DNA of 58,976 bases from the IMG/VR virus record IMGVR_UViG_3300015607_004939; one strand, given 5' to 3'. This document shows, piece by piece, positions 9,612 to 18,839 of this stretch (its first letter is position 1; each line of letters begins with the position of its first letter). The notes under the pieces are model-generated. The model made no database searches. It worked only from the letters and a program-made list of their open reading frames with translations, and was not told where the DNA came from. This DNA comes from an uncultured virus (IMG/VR IMGVR_UViG_3300015607_004939). Its lineage: Duplodnaviria > Heunggongvirae > Uroviricota > Caudoviricetes. The position numbers and the translations under genes are program-made.

Positions 9612-10983
9612 GCTCTACGACCGCATGCGCGTCAAGGAGGCGGGCCTCGCCTCGCGGGGCGCGGGGTGGGTGCGCAACGCCTTCTCGGGGATGCGCAACG
9701 GCGCCGCCGGGGCCGCGCACGCCGTCGAGAGCGCGGCGGCGCACGCTCACCCCGTCTCGCCGTCCGGCAGCACCGGGGTTCTGGCCCCCGTGTCGACGGC
9801 CCTCCATGCTCCCCCCATGGCACCCGGCGGCCGTCCCGTCGTGCCGCACGCCGACGTGCGCGCCATGCTCCCGCCGGGTGAGGCGATCCACCTCCCGCCG
9901 GACGTGCATCTGCCGAGCGCGGCACCCGCCACGGCTCCCTCGACGGCCGCCCCCGCCGCCTCCGCGCCCGCTGCCGCGCCCGCTGCCGCCCCCGCCGCGC
10001 CTTCGCCGGCCCCTGCGACCGGTGCGCCTGCGGCCCCCAGTACGCCGTACGAGCACCTCGCCCACGGCGCCCGTGGGCTCGCCCAGCAGGGCTGGCAGGG
10101 GGCCCAGGCGTGGGGGCAGCAGGCCGGGCAGCTCGGCAGGCAAGCCGCCCCCTGGGTCGGGGGCGCGGCGGCCGTGGGCGCGGGCGGCTACGCTCTCTCG
10201 CGCGCCGGTCGTGGCGCGGACGAACAGGAGGCTCGCATGCACGACTACGCCGCCAACTCACACCATCAGATGCCGCAGCCCATGCCCGGGATGAGCGTGT
10301 ACGCGAGTTACGAGGCGTTCGGCGCCGAGAAGCTGGCCGAGCTACTTGCCGCGCTCAAGCACACCTTCAACGCAGGCGACAGCGCGTCTCGCGCGCTCAT
10401 CACGCCCGTCCACGAGGCCAAGACGCTCTACTCGCGCATCCAGGGCGAGCAGACCGAGCACGAGCCGCACACCGCACGCACACTCCGCGAGATGGTCGGC
10501 GCTGGGAAGGAAGTGGCCGACTCCGTGAAGAATCATCCCTTCGTGCGGGGCTACTACCGCAAGGGTGAGGAAAAGGTGGCCGAGCAGCCCCCGCGCTTCG
10601 ACGTGCTGACGCCCACGCACAACGCCTTCGCCGTGGAGTTCGGCAAGGCGCTCGCCAACAAGTTCGTCACCGACCCGATCGACGGGATCCACCGGATCCT
10701 GAAGAAGAAGATCGTCGAGGACCCGAAGGCCATGTCGACCTTCTACGGCGTCATCGAGAGCGACCCCGAGCTCCAGCGCCACTACTCGGAGAACCCCGAT
10801 CAGGTCCACGACACCTTCAAGGCCCTGCGGCGTTTCGGGCCTTCGATGGCGTCCTCCCCCGCCGTCGTGCGCAGCTTCCTCCGTCAGTCGATGATGGCAG
10901 GCGGGAACATGGACTTCGCCACGATCCGCATGCTCGCGGAGACCGAGAAGTTCATCCAGAACAGCCGAGGGCAGGGCAAGTGA
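9601..10983 (+). CDS. KxA-motif putative head protein with Ala/Pro linker
   Basis: VKEAG, EKLA, EKVA; Gly-rich hydrophobic segment. Confidence 0.7.
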   Translation: MSSELYDRMRVKEAGLASRGAGWVRNAFSGMRNGAAGAAHAVESAAAHAHPVSPSGSTGVLAPVSTALHAPPMAPGGRPVVPHADVRAMLPPGEAIHLPPDVHLPSAAPATAPSTAAPAASAPAAAPAAAPAAPSPAPATGAPAAPSTPYEHLAHGARGLAQQGWQGAQAWGQQAGQLGRQAAPWVGGAAAVGAGGYALSRAGRGADEQEARMHDYAANSHHQMPQPMPGMSVYASYEAFGAEKLAELLAALKHTFNAGDSASRALITPVHEAKTLYSRIQGEQTEHEPHTARTLREMVGAGKEVADSVKNHPFVRGYYRKGEEKVAEQPPRFDVLTPTHNAFAVEFGKALANKFVTDPIDGIHRILKKKIVEDPKAMSTFYGVIESDPELQRHYSENPDQVHDTFKALRRFGPSMASSPAVVRSFLRQSMMAGGNMDFATIRMLAETEKFIQNSRGQGK

Positions 10984-11204
10984 AGATCCCCGTCTCCGAC
11001 ACGCTCAAGAACGCGCTCGTGCGCGAGGGCTCCTGGAAGATCGCGGCCGAGGTTCGGCGTCGCGCGGGCGGGGTCGCCCCCACGGACCCCACCCTGGAGA
11101 ACTTCGCCGTCGCGCGCGGGTTCAAGGCCGCCGCCGACCACTCCGACGAGGACGTGATCGACGAGGGGCTCGAAGCCTACCGCCGCATCCTGGAGGCGCC
11201 GTGA
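10980..11204 (+). CDS. Small KxA protein
   Basis: GTGA-coupled on both sides; LKNA, WKIA, FKAA. Confidence 0.65.
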   Translation: MKIPVSDTLKNALVREGSWKIAAEVRRRAGGVAPTDPTLENFAVARGFKAAADHSDEDVIDEGLEAYRRILEAP

Positions 11205-12232
11205 CGAACGCGTACGCCGTACGGCGGGCCTGGGAGGCGATGAAGACGGCGGCCCTGCGCGGGGGCGCGCCGCTCGTCCCCGCCATGTCTCTCGCCGCGA
11301 TCGAGAAGTGGGCCGAGATCGAGGGGCCGACGGCCCACGGCCTGTCGCGCCCGGAGCGCGAGGCGTGGGCGGCGAGCGTCGCGGGCGCGGCCATGGTCGA
11401 CGCGGCGATCGAGAAGCTCGCCGAGGCCGGTCGCTACACCGAGGCCGAGCGGGAGTTCCTGCTCGACCTGAACGCCGAGGCGGCGGTGCGCGACCTCCGG
11501 TCCCTGTGCAAGTCGGCCGGCATCCTCGGCAACGCCCTGAACGCCATGGCCGCCCACCCCCGCACCACCGGCACGATCGCCGGGGCCGCGATCAGCGGCG
11601 GTCTCGGGGCCTGGAAGGACGACGAGAACCGCCTGCGCGGGGCCGTGAGCTACGGCGTGCCGGGCGCGGTCCTCGGCTACCTGGGCGGAACGGGCCTCGC
11701 CAACTACCAGCAGAACCGGCACATGGCGCGCCTGCACCACGCGACCCAGCTCCTCGAGCAGCAGGCCGCCCAGCAGGCGCAGAGCCTCGCCAACCAGCGC
11801 GCGCTGGCCGACATGGGCCGCGTGGCGGACGACGCGGCGCGCCTGCACAAGAACTTCATCCTGGCCGCCCAGGGGATGGCGCGCGACCGAAACGTCGACC
11901 CGAACAAGGTCCAGGCGATCACGCACGCGATCGACAAGCTCCAGGACCACAGCCACGACATCATCCAGCACGCGGTCATCAACCCGGGGATGCTACACAC
12001 CGAGGTGGCGAACATGATCGACCCAGAGATCCTGAAGGAGATCCAGGGCCGCGCCGCGCACCTCCAGAAGCAGGGCCCGTACGTGCCGCTCGGCTCGCGC
12101 CTGCACCCGGACGACCTCATCGCCGCCGCCCAGGCCCACAGCCGGTCGAGCTTCGGCGGCGGCAAGGGCGGCCAAGGCGCGGCGCCCGGTGGCTCCCCCG
12201 CTCCAGCGCCCGGGACCGCGCCGACCCCGTAA
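11201..12232 (+). CDS. KxA putative head protein with glycine-zipper segments
   Basis: MKTA, EKWA, EKLA, CKSA; GTIAGAAISGGLGA and GVPGAVLGYLGG. Confidence 0.7.
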   Translation: MTNAYAVRRAWEAMKTAALRGGAPLVPAMSLAAIEKWAEIEGPTAHGLSRPEREAWAASVAGAAMVDAAIEKLAEAGRYTEAEREFLLDLNAEAAVRDLRSLCKSAGILGNALNAMAAHPRTTGTIAGAAISGGLGAWKDDENRLRGAVSYGVPGAVLGYLGGTGLANYQQNRHMARLHHATQLLEQQAAQQAQSLANQRALADMGRVADDAARLHKNFILAAQGMARDRNVDPNKVQAITHAIDKLQDHSHDIIQHAVINPGMLHTEVANMIDPEILKEIQGRAAHLQKQGPYVPLGSRLHPDDLIAAAQAHSRSSFGGGKGGQGAAPGGSPAPAPGTAPTP

Positions 12233-12241
12233 CCTTCCCCC

Positions 12242-14035
12242 GTGCGCAAGCTCCTCGAACTCGACCAGTACTTCCCCAAGACGGGGGAGCCGACAGTGCA
12301 ACTGGCGGCCTTCGCCAACCAGCGCGGCGGCCTCTCGATCGAGAAGCGAGCCTTCGCCGAAGGTCACTCGCAGTTCTATGACTTCCTGAAGACCGTCCAG
12401 CCCGAGCCGGGGATCACCTACCTGCTCGTGAACGCGATGGGCTCATGGGAGTACTACGACCTGAACCGCAACGCGGACGGCTTCCCCGAGCGGGCGTACA
12501 TGGTCGGCACGCGCGCCAAGTGCGGCCACCCCGACTGCACGCTGAGCCTGGACGGCTGGGTGAGCGAGCCCGAGACGCTCGTCCACCACTACAAGACCTT
12601 CGAGGAGTCGGGCGGCATCTACCGCCACCACAAGAACGACGACCCCTCCAAGAGTCGCGGGACGGTGAAGCCCGCCCTGTGGAACGCCCGGATGCACCGG
12701 GTGGAGCTGCTCCTCCGGTACGTGAACTCCCGCGACCCGGAGATCCCCTCCAAGATCGCCGACGGGGTGTTCCCGGCCGTCTCGATGGGCTGCCGCGTCG
12801 CCTACGACGTGTGCACAATCTGCGGCCACCGGGCGCCCACGCGCGCGCAGTACTGCTCGCACGCCCTCAGTCAGATGAACGCGATCCTCCCAGACGGGAG
12901 GAAGGTCGGGGTGCTGAACCCACGGCCCCGGTTCTTCGACATCTCGTTCGTCTTCCGACCCGCCGACCCGACGGGCTGGACGCTCCAGAAGGTCGCGCGC
13001 CACGGCGGCATGTCGTCGGCCGAGCTCGGCGAGCTGATGGACCGCGCGGAGGGCTCGCGCCTGCCGTTCTGGTCCACGGCCAAGGAGATCAACGCCTCCT
13101 GGGACGAGCCGGGGAGCTTCATGGGACGCTTCGTGCGCGGGTCGTTCCCGAGCGGGAAGGTGGCCGGCGCACCCTCGACGCTCCTGGAGCTGGCCGCCTC
13201 GCCCGTCCCGCACCCCCAGTCGCTCGTGGCCAAGCTCGCCTCCCAGGCCCTCGGGATCCCGCTCACCGACGACATGGTCGACCGACTCGTGTGCGCGACC
13301 CCGGCCCTCGTCGCCCTGGTCGGCGAGTCCTCGGAGACCGTCAAGCACGCCTCCTTCGGCGAAGCCGGCGACGTCCTCCGAGACCGCGCCTACGCCCCCT
13401 GGCCCGACGTGCCGAGCGTGGACGTGGGCCCCGGCGCCCTGCACCGGGCGGCCGAGCCCCCGCGCACGGACCTGCTCACGATGACCGACCCCTTCACGGG
13501 GGCTGTCTACCAGACGACGCGCGGAGCGGCCCAGGACGCGACGCGGGAGGACGTGAAGAAGCGGCTCCTGAACACCGCCCTCCTCACGGGCCTCTACGCG
13601 GCGGGCCTGCACAAGGCGCTCAAACCGACGGGCCTCGGGGGCCTCGGACGCGCGGCCGTCGCGTTGCCGGTGGGAGCACTCCTCGGCCGGGCGACCGAGC
13701 GCGGTATCCACAACGTCCTCGAACCCTACCGACACCCGTACTACCAGACCGACCAGGGCGTCCCCGTCTCCGGGGGCACCGAGTTCAAGGCGGCCTCGAT
13801 CGAGCCCTCCTCCTGGGCGCGAAAGCTCGCCTCGGACCTGGAGGAGCGCGACGCCGCCCGCGCCCGGATCGCCCGGCGCGGGGGGCACCGATTCTTGAAG
13901 TGGGCCGCGAGCCCCTTGGACCTCCAGGTCCGCTCACTCGCCGGGGAAGACCGCGCCCCCGAGGAGCCGTACGCCGTACGACCCGACGACGCCCGCGACA
14001 TGGCCGAGCGTCTGACGTTCCTGCTGACCACCTAA
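12242..14035 (+). CDS. Prohead (capsid maturation) protease with Cys/His insertion
   Basis: NRNADGF, YRHH, AVSMGCRVAYDVCTICG..YCSH, FFDISFVFRPAD match HK97/herpes-type phage maturation proteases; upstream of capsid gene. Confidence 0.8.
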   Translation: MRKLLELDQYFPKTGEPTVQLAAFANQRGGLSIEKRAFAEGHSQFYDFLKTVQPEPGITYLLVNAMGSWEYYDLNRNADGFPERAYMVGTRAKCGHPDCTLSLDGWVSEPETLVHHYKTFEESGGIYRHHKNDDPSKSRGTVKPALWNARMHRVELLLRYVNSRDPEIPSKIADGVFPAVSMGCRVAYDVCTICGHRAPTRAQYCSHALSQMNAILPDGRKVGVLNPRPRFFDISFVFRPADPTGWTLQKVARHGGMSSAELGELMDRAEGSRLPFWSTAKEINASWDEPGSFMGRFVRGSFPSGKVAGAPSTLLELAASPVPHPQSLVAKLASQALGIPLTDDMVDRLVCATPALVALVGESSETVKHASFGEAGDVLRDRAYAPWPDVPSVDVGPGALHRAAEPPRTDLLTMTDPFTGAVYQTTRGAAQDATREDVKKRLLNTALLTGLYAAGLHKALKPTGLGGLGRAAVALPVGALLGRATERGIHNVLEPYRHPYYQTDQGVPVSGGTEFKAASIEPSSWARKLASDLEERDAARARIARRGGHRFLKWAASPLDLQVRSLAGEDRAPEEPYAVRPDDARDMAERLTFLLTT

Positions 14036-14056
14036 CATTCCGACGGAGACCTCCCG

Positions 14057-14515
14057 ATGAACCTGAGCAGCCTCTTCCCCAACACCCAGACCAAGATCGC
14101 CGCCGTCGCGCCGGCCGCGACCTCCCAGGGCGACAACGCCGCCAGGGCCCGCGCCGAGATCGACGCGGCGCTTCAGGCGACGACCCTGAAGACGGCCGGC
14201 GTCCAGGCCCCTCCCCACGCCGCGCCCGCCGCCGGCCCCACTGGGGACCTGGAGAAGGTCGCCGAGGAGATCAAGAAGGCCAACCACGAGCGGCGCGTCC
14301 GTGAGGCGTTCGCCGAGGGCGAGGCGCACTGCGACGGCTTCATGAGCCGCCTCGCGCTCTACGAGAAGGTCGCGGCTGAGCAGGCTCCCTGGCAGCCGGC
14401 GAACCAGAAGACCGCCGCCGAGCACACCGAGCAGGAGGTCGTGACGCAGATCCACAAGGTCGCCAGCGCCCACTACCTGGAGGGGTACGGCGCGGCGAGG
14501 ATGGCGCTCCAGTGA
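14057..14515 (+). CDS. Putative scaffold/core protein
   Basis: Between protease and capsid; helical; 7 of 8 Lys are in KxA; GGAG RBS. Confidence 0.6.
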   Translation: MNLSSLFPNTQTKIAAVAPAATSQGDNAARARAEIDAALQATTLKTAGVQAPPHAAPAAGPTGDLEKVAEEIKKANHERRVREAFAEGEAHCDGFMSRLALYEKVAAEQAPWQPANQKTAAEHTEQEVVTQIHKVASAHYLEGYGAARMALQ

Positions 14516-14697
14516 ACCGCGCCCGAGCCGCCGAGCTGATCCTGGACCACGAGCGCCTGCGTAAGTCGGCCTTCGAGGTCGCCTCTCGCGGCGCGGGCGA
14601 GTTCTTCGAGGGCGCGCGGGGTGAGCTCACCCAGAAGCGCGCCGAGGCCGTCACGACCATGAACCTCCGGCTCGTCAGGCACCTCACCACGCCATGA
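14512..14697 (+). CDS. Small KxA protein
   Basis: Coupled overlaps; RKSA, QKRA. Confidence 0.55.
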   Translation: MNRARAAELILDHERLRKSAFEVASRGAGEFFEGARGELTQKRAEAVTTMNLRLVRHLTTP

Positions 14698-15080
14698 ACC
14701 CCCGCCGCCCCTCGCTCCTCGACACCCTGAACGGCATCGAGTCGTCCGTCACCGCCGCCCCCACGGGGTCGCTGCCCGAGGCACCGCGCGCCTTCTCGGA
14801 CGACCTGCGCAAGCTCGGCTCGGCCCTGCGCGAGGCGGGCGCGTCCGACCCCGTGACCTACGACGAGGTGTACGCCGTACGGCGGGGGGACTACCCCGCC
14901 CCAGGGGCCGCGCCCGCCCACACCCCCATGACGGGCGGCGGCGGCGACGTCCTGCGCAAGCTCGCCAACGCCGTGCGCGACGAGGCGTACGAGCGAGAAA
15001 CCGCTCACCACACCAAGGTTGCCCTCCACCTCCCCGCGATCGAGGGCCTTACGCTTCTGCGGGACCGGAGCCGACGATGA
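14694..15080 (+). CDS. Small KxA protein
   Basis: ATGA-coupled; LRKLG/LRKLA internal repeat, TKVA. Confidence 0.65.
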   Translation: MNPRRPSLLDTLNGIESSVTAAPTGSLPEAPRAFSDDLRKLGSALREAGASDPVTYDEVYAVRRGDYPAPGAAPAHTPMTGGGGDVLRKLANAVRDEAYERETAHHTKVALHLPAIEGLTLLRDRSRR

Positions 15081-15400
15081 GCCGCCTCACCAAGATCGCC
15101 AACGCCCTGGACGCCATCGCGCTCGTCGCCGACGAGACGCCGGCCGCGTCCGCCGCCCCCGACCCCTTCATCGAGCAACTGGAGGCCCGCGTGGGCCCGC
15201 TCGACCCCGGGGTCCGGCAGAAGCTCGCCTCGGACGCGGACTACCGCCGCACCTTCGAGAAGCTCACGGCCCAGCCCGAGGCGCCCCGCTCCCTCGGCGG
15301 CCCGAGTGAGAAGTCGGCCGGCGAAGCCCCGCGCTCCAAGGCCGAGCGCATGCGCGACGCCGAGGAGAAGTTCGCCGCGATCGTCATGGGCCAAGGCTGA
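15077..15400 (+). CDS. Small KxA protein, scaffold candidate
   Basis: TKIA, QKLA, EKSA, EKFA. Confidence 0.65.
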   Translation: MSRLTKIANALDAIALVADETPAASAAPDPFIEQLEARVGPLDPGVRQKLASDADYRRTFEKLTAQPEAPRSLGGPSEKSAGEAPRSKAERMRDAEEKFAAIVMGQG

Positions 15401-15433
15401 GCCCACTACCATTCACCCCGAGGTCAACCCGAC

Positions 15434-15949
15434 ATGCGATTCCAGGAACTGTTCAAGCCGACCACCGAGTCCCCCAAGGAGGCGTTCGTCGCCTGCCTCG
15501 GCCTCTCCGAGTACTTCGCTCAGGAGATGGCGACCGCCTTCAATGCCGGCACCGGTCCCGGCACGCCCGACGCCTTCGGGTCCATCCAGGCGGGCACCAT
15601 CACGCCCGGCACGATGGTCACGATGAACTCGGAGAAGAACTGGGAGGCCGCGACCTCCCCGCTGCTCAACGCGGCGCTGCCCAAGCAGATCTTCCTCGTG
15701 TTCGAGGGCTCGGTCGACCTCGTCGGCCGCAACCTCGGCAAGCTGACGGCGGTGCGCGGCCTGTGCCGCTTCTACACCACCTACTACAACGGGTCGGGGT
15801 TCGTCGTGAACACCCCGCTCGTCGCGAACGCGGGCCGGTTCGAGGTCAAGGTGTTCGGCGACAACAAGCAGATCGTCGGCTTCGTGGGCCCCGACCAGGA
15901 CGCCAACGGCCGCCTCGACGTCATCTTCGAGGCGAGCACCACGGGTTGA
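15434..15949 (+). CDS. Putative capsid decoration/cement protein
   Basis: Beta-rich 171 aa directly upstream of the capsid gene; own -10 box and RBS. Confidence 0.55.
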   Translation: MRFQELFKPTTESPKEAFVACLGLSEYFAQEMATAFNAGTGPGTPDAFGSIQAGTITPGTMVTMNSEKNWEAATSPLLNAALPKQIFLVFEGSVDLVGRNLGKLTAVRGLCRFYTTYYNGSGFVVNTPLVANAGRFEVKVFGDNKQIVGFVGPDQDANGRLDVIFEASTTG

Positions 15950-15989
15950 TCGGACCCACTACGCTACGAGCAAGGAGCCCACGGAGCCC

Positions 15990-16913
15990 ATGAACTACGG
16001 AATCGAAACCCTGGACGTCAAGGCCCAGGTCCTCAACCAGAACTTCATCGACCTGATCGGCAGCGGCCAGATCAAGCAGGCCGAGGAGGCCGGGTCGATC
16101 CTCATCCGCGAGATCGTCCGCCAGGACGCGGCGGTTCGCGAGATCCTCCCCTGCCGCCAGATCGCGCCGTCGGAGCTGGACATCTGGCCCGACTCGGACG
16201 CGCCGATGAAGTTCCTGGACATCGAGACGCAGACCGTCGCGTCCTACGTCCAGTTCTACGGCACCCCGAAGGCCAACTACTACACCCTGCGGCACGTCCC
16301 GGTCTTCTTCGGGAAGATCCAGTCGGACGAGTTCGTCAAGTCGAAGTTCGAGCTCATGAGCTACCGCACCGACGTGCGCAAGCTCCTGGCCGACAACTCC
16401 ACCAAGGACATCGCCGACCAGGAGGACATGTTCTTCCGCCGCGCGTGCCTCCAGGCCGTGAACCGCAACCCGAGCCTCCAGCGCACGGAGCTCCCGCGCC
16501 TGACGGCGACCGGCTGGGCCCAGACCCTCACCGCGATGGACAACCGCCGCCGCCCCGTGGGCAAGGCGCTCATGAGCAAGGCGCGCCACCGCGACGCGAT
16601 CGACCTCCCGGCGACGGCCGTGGGCACCGACATCGCCGCCGAGCACTACCGCAACGGCATCGAGAAGGAGGATGGCCTGTGGGGCACCCCGCTGGTCACC
16701 ACCATCAAGAGCGACATCTACCTGCCGGACGAGGCGTGGATGTTCGTGCCGGAGAACTACCTCGGCCGTTTCTGGACCCTCCAGGAGCCGACGCTCTTCG
16801 TCGAGCAGCGCGCCGACATCATCAAGTTCTTCATCTACTCGGCGCCCGGCATCGGCCTCCCGTCGCTGCTCGGCATCCAGCAGATGGTCTTCACGCCGCG
16901 CGCGCCGGCCTGA
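15990..16913 (+). CDS. Major capsid protein
   Basis: 307 aa, AAGGAG RBS, position after protease/scaffold/decoration; IREIVRQDAAVREILP and GLWGTPLVTT consistent with HK97 fold. Confidence 0.75.
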   Translation: MNYGIETLDVKAQVLNQNFIDLIGSGQIKQAEEAGSILIREIVRQDAAVREILPCRQIAPSELDIWPDSDAPMKFLDIETQTVASYVQFYGTPKANYYTLRHVPVFFGKIQSDEFVKSKFELMSYRTDVRKLLADNSTKDIADQEDMFFRRACLQAVNRNPSLQRTELPRLTATGWAQTLTAMDNRRRPVGKALMSKARHRDAIDLPATAVGTDIAAEHYRNGIEKEDGLWGTPLVTTIKSDIYLPDEAWMFVPENYLGRFWTLQEPTLFVEQRADIIKFFIYSAPGIGLPSLLGIQQMVFTPRAPA

Positions 16914-16942
16914 TCCCCGCCCCTCCCGCCTACCGTTGAGGG

Positions 16943-17290
16943 GTGGCAACGCCCCTCTCGACCCGCATCAAGAAGCTCCAGGAGCGTCGGGGTTGGACCG
17001 ACGAGCAGATGCTCGCACGGTTCGGCAAGACCTCGGCGCACGCCCACGACCGGATCGAGGAGCGCACCGAGTTCCACCGCTCGCACGTGGACTTGATCCA
17101 GCGGGCCGTGGACACGCTCTCGCTCGGGCCCGGCACCTACCACCTCCCCCTGCGCCACCAGGACGGTCGCGTCGCCGGGTACGCCCAGTTCAAGAGCGTC
17201 CCGAACCGTAAGAGCCCCGTGCTCGCGACGATCCTGGGGCCCCAGATGCGACCGGGCGGCGAGAACATCGAGCGGATGATCGGCCTGTGA
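16943..17290 (+). CDS. Hypothetical protein, possible RelE/BECR-like RNase fold
   Basis: HAHDRIEER helix followed by strands ending VLATIL. Confidence 0.45.
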   Translation: MATPLSTRIKKLQERRGWTDEQMLARFGKTSAHAHDRIEERTEFHRSHVDLIQRAVDTLSLGPGTYHLPLRHQDGRVAGYAQFKSVPNRKSPVLATILGPQMRPGGENIERMIGL

Positions 17291-18105
17291 AGCTCAAGAT
17301 CACACGCACACTGGCCTTGGTGCCGTCGGGATTCCACGTCCAGTGGGACGTCGAGGACGCGACCGAGTCGGGCGTCTACCGCTTCACGCTGGAGCGCTCG
17401 GGCTCCCCCGAGGGCCCCTGGGACCCGGTGGCGACGGACGTCGCCGACCAGTACGCCGTACGGGACGACTACGGCTTCTCGGTCAACGACCGGGACGTTC
17501 GGGGGCCGAACCAGCTCACGCTCACGGGCAGCGTCCACTACCGCCTCTCGTGCGTGACCCCGTCGGGTGCGCGCCTCCGCGTCGTGCAGGAGACCACGCC
17601 CGCCGACCCCATCCCCAAGATGGCGCAGTACCTGCGCAAGGCGCAGTGGAACTTCACCGTGGCGATGAAGTACGCGCGGCCCCTGGCCGTGCTCAAGCGA
17701 CGCACTTGGGGTGAGCGTTGTCCGCTGTGCGTGAACAAGTCGACAGGTAAGGTCATGCGTGCCGATTGCCTCAACTGTTGGGGTACGGGGCTCGTCGGAG
17801 GCTACTGGACCCCCTGCTACATGAAGGGGCGCCGTAGCGCCCCAGACAACACAAGCGAGATCAGCCCCGACCAGAAGAGCGACTCAAACTCGCACAACTT
17901 CCTCATGCCGAGCTCACCGTCGCTGGAGCGTGACGACGTGATCGTCTCGCTCGACAGCGGTCAGCGGTACCTCGTACGCAAGCAGAACGAGACCCAGATT
18001 CAACTCCGAGCCGTCCACCAGTCTGTCGGGACGGTGGAGCTCGCGCGTGACCACATCATCTACCGCCTGCGGGTCGAACCCGAGGCGCGCGAGCCGAGGT
18101 TCTGA
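17287..18105 (+). CDS. Putative neck/head-closure protein with Zn-finger insertion
   Basis: After capsid; CPLC..CLNCWGTGLVGGY; C-terminal barrel-like DDVIV..QRYLV. Confidence 0.6.
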   Translation: MKLKITRTLALVPSGFHVQWDVEDATESGVYRFTLERSGSPEGPWDPVATDVADQYAVRDDYGFSVNDRDVRGPNQLTLTGSVHYRLSCVTPSGARLRVVQETTPADPIPKMAQYLRKAQWNFTVAMKYARPLAVLKRRTWGERCPLCVNKSTGKVMRADCLNCWGTGLVGGYWTPCYMKGRRSAPDNTSEISPDQKSDSNSHNFLMPSSPSLERDDVIVSLDSGQRYLVRKQNETQIQLRAVHQSVGTVELARDHIIYRLRVEPEAREPRF

Positions 18106-18824
18106 TGCCGCCCGGGAAGTCCGATCATGGTTTGACCCGTGTCGAGGGCGACCACCCCGACGTATTCCCGTCGGGTCCGAATGCCCTTGTCGGGGTGTTC
18201 GTCGCCATCGTGCAGGCGTGCTTCTACGCGCCGAGCCGGCCCGCGAATATCCCATGGTACTGGGACACCCAACCTACCCCCGAGTCTGACGACAGCGGGG
18301 ACCCCGAGGAATCGGGCGGCCGTCGCCTCTACGTCTCGGAGGAGAGCCTGGAGTACCCAGACTCGCGCAACGTACGGCCCGCTGTTCTGGTCGGACGCTC
18401 GGACATCCAGTACGTGTCACTCGGCGCATCCAACATCGCGGAGGTCGATTACCCCCGCATGGGGCAGGTTCTGTACTGCCACTCCATGCTCTCCATCGAA
18501 CTCGCTTGTCTCGCGCGTGAGCAGGGGGAGAGCGCGACGCTCGCGGACGTGATGGCCTCCTTCCTCGTCGGATCGGGACAGGAGATCCGGGAACACTTCG
18601 GGCTGCACTCGCTCGGTATGCCCTCGATCTCAAAGACCAGTCCCACGCGACGCTTTGCTGGCACCACCGAGTTCTGGGAGACGGTCGTGCGTGTGCCCGT
18701 CGAGGCCAAGTACAAGTGGGTCAAGTGGCCACTCGCCCCTGTGATCTCCGAGATCTTCGCGCACCTGAAGGTCAACGGAGAGGTCCGAGACCTGCGCGAA
18801 GTGCTCCAACGCCCTACCACCTAA
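18105..18824 (+). CDS. Putative tail completion/terminator protein
   Basis: Directly before sheath; RPAVLV..IELACLAREQGESATLAD pattern. Confidence 0.55.
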   Translation: MPPGKSDHGLTRVEGDHPDVFPSGPNALVGVFVAIVQACFYAPSRPANIPWYWDTQPTPESDDSGDPEESGGRRLYVSEESLEYPDSRNVRPAVLVGRSDIQYVSLGASNIAEVDYPRMGQVLYCHSMLSIELACLAREQGESATLADVMASFLVGSGQEIREHFGLHSLGMPSISKTSPTRRFAGTTEFWETVVRVPVEAKYKWVKWPLAPVISEIFAHLKVNGEVRDLREVLQRPTT

Positions 18825-18839
18825 CCTTCGGTCAACGCC

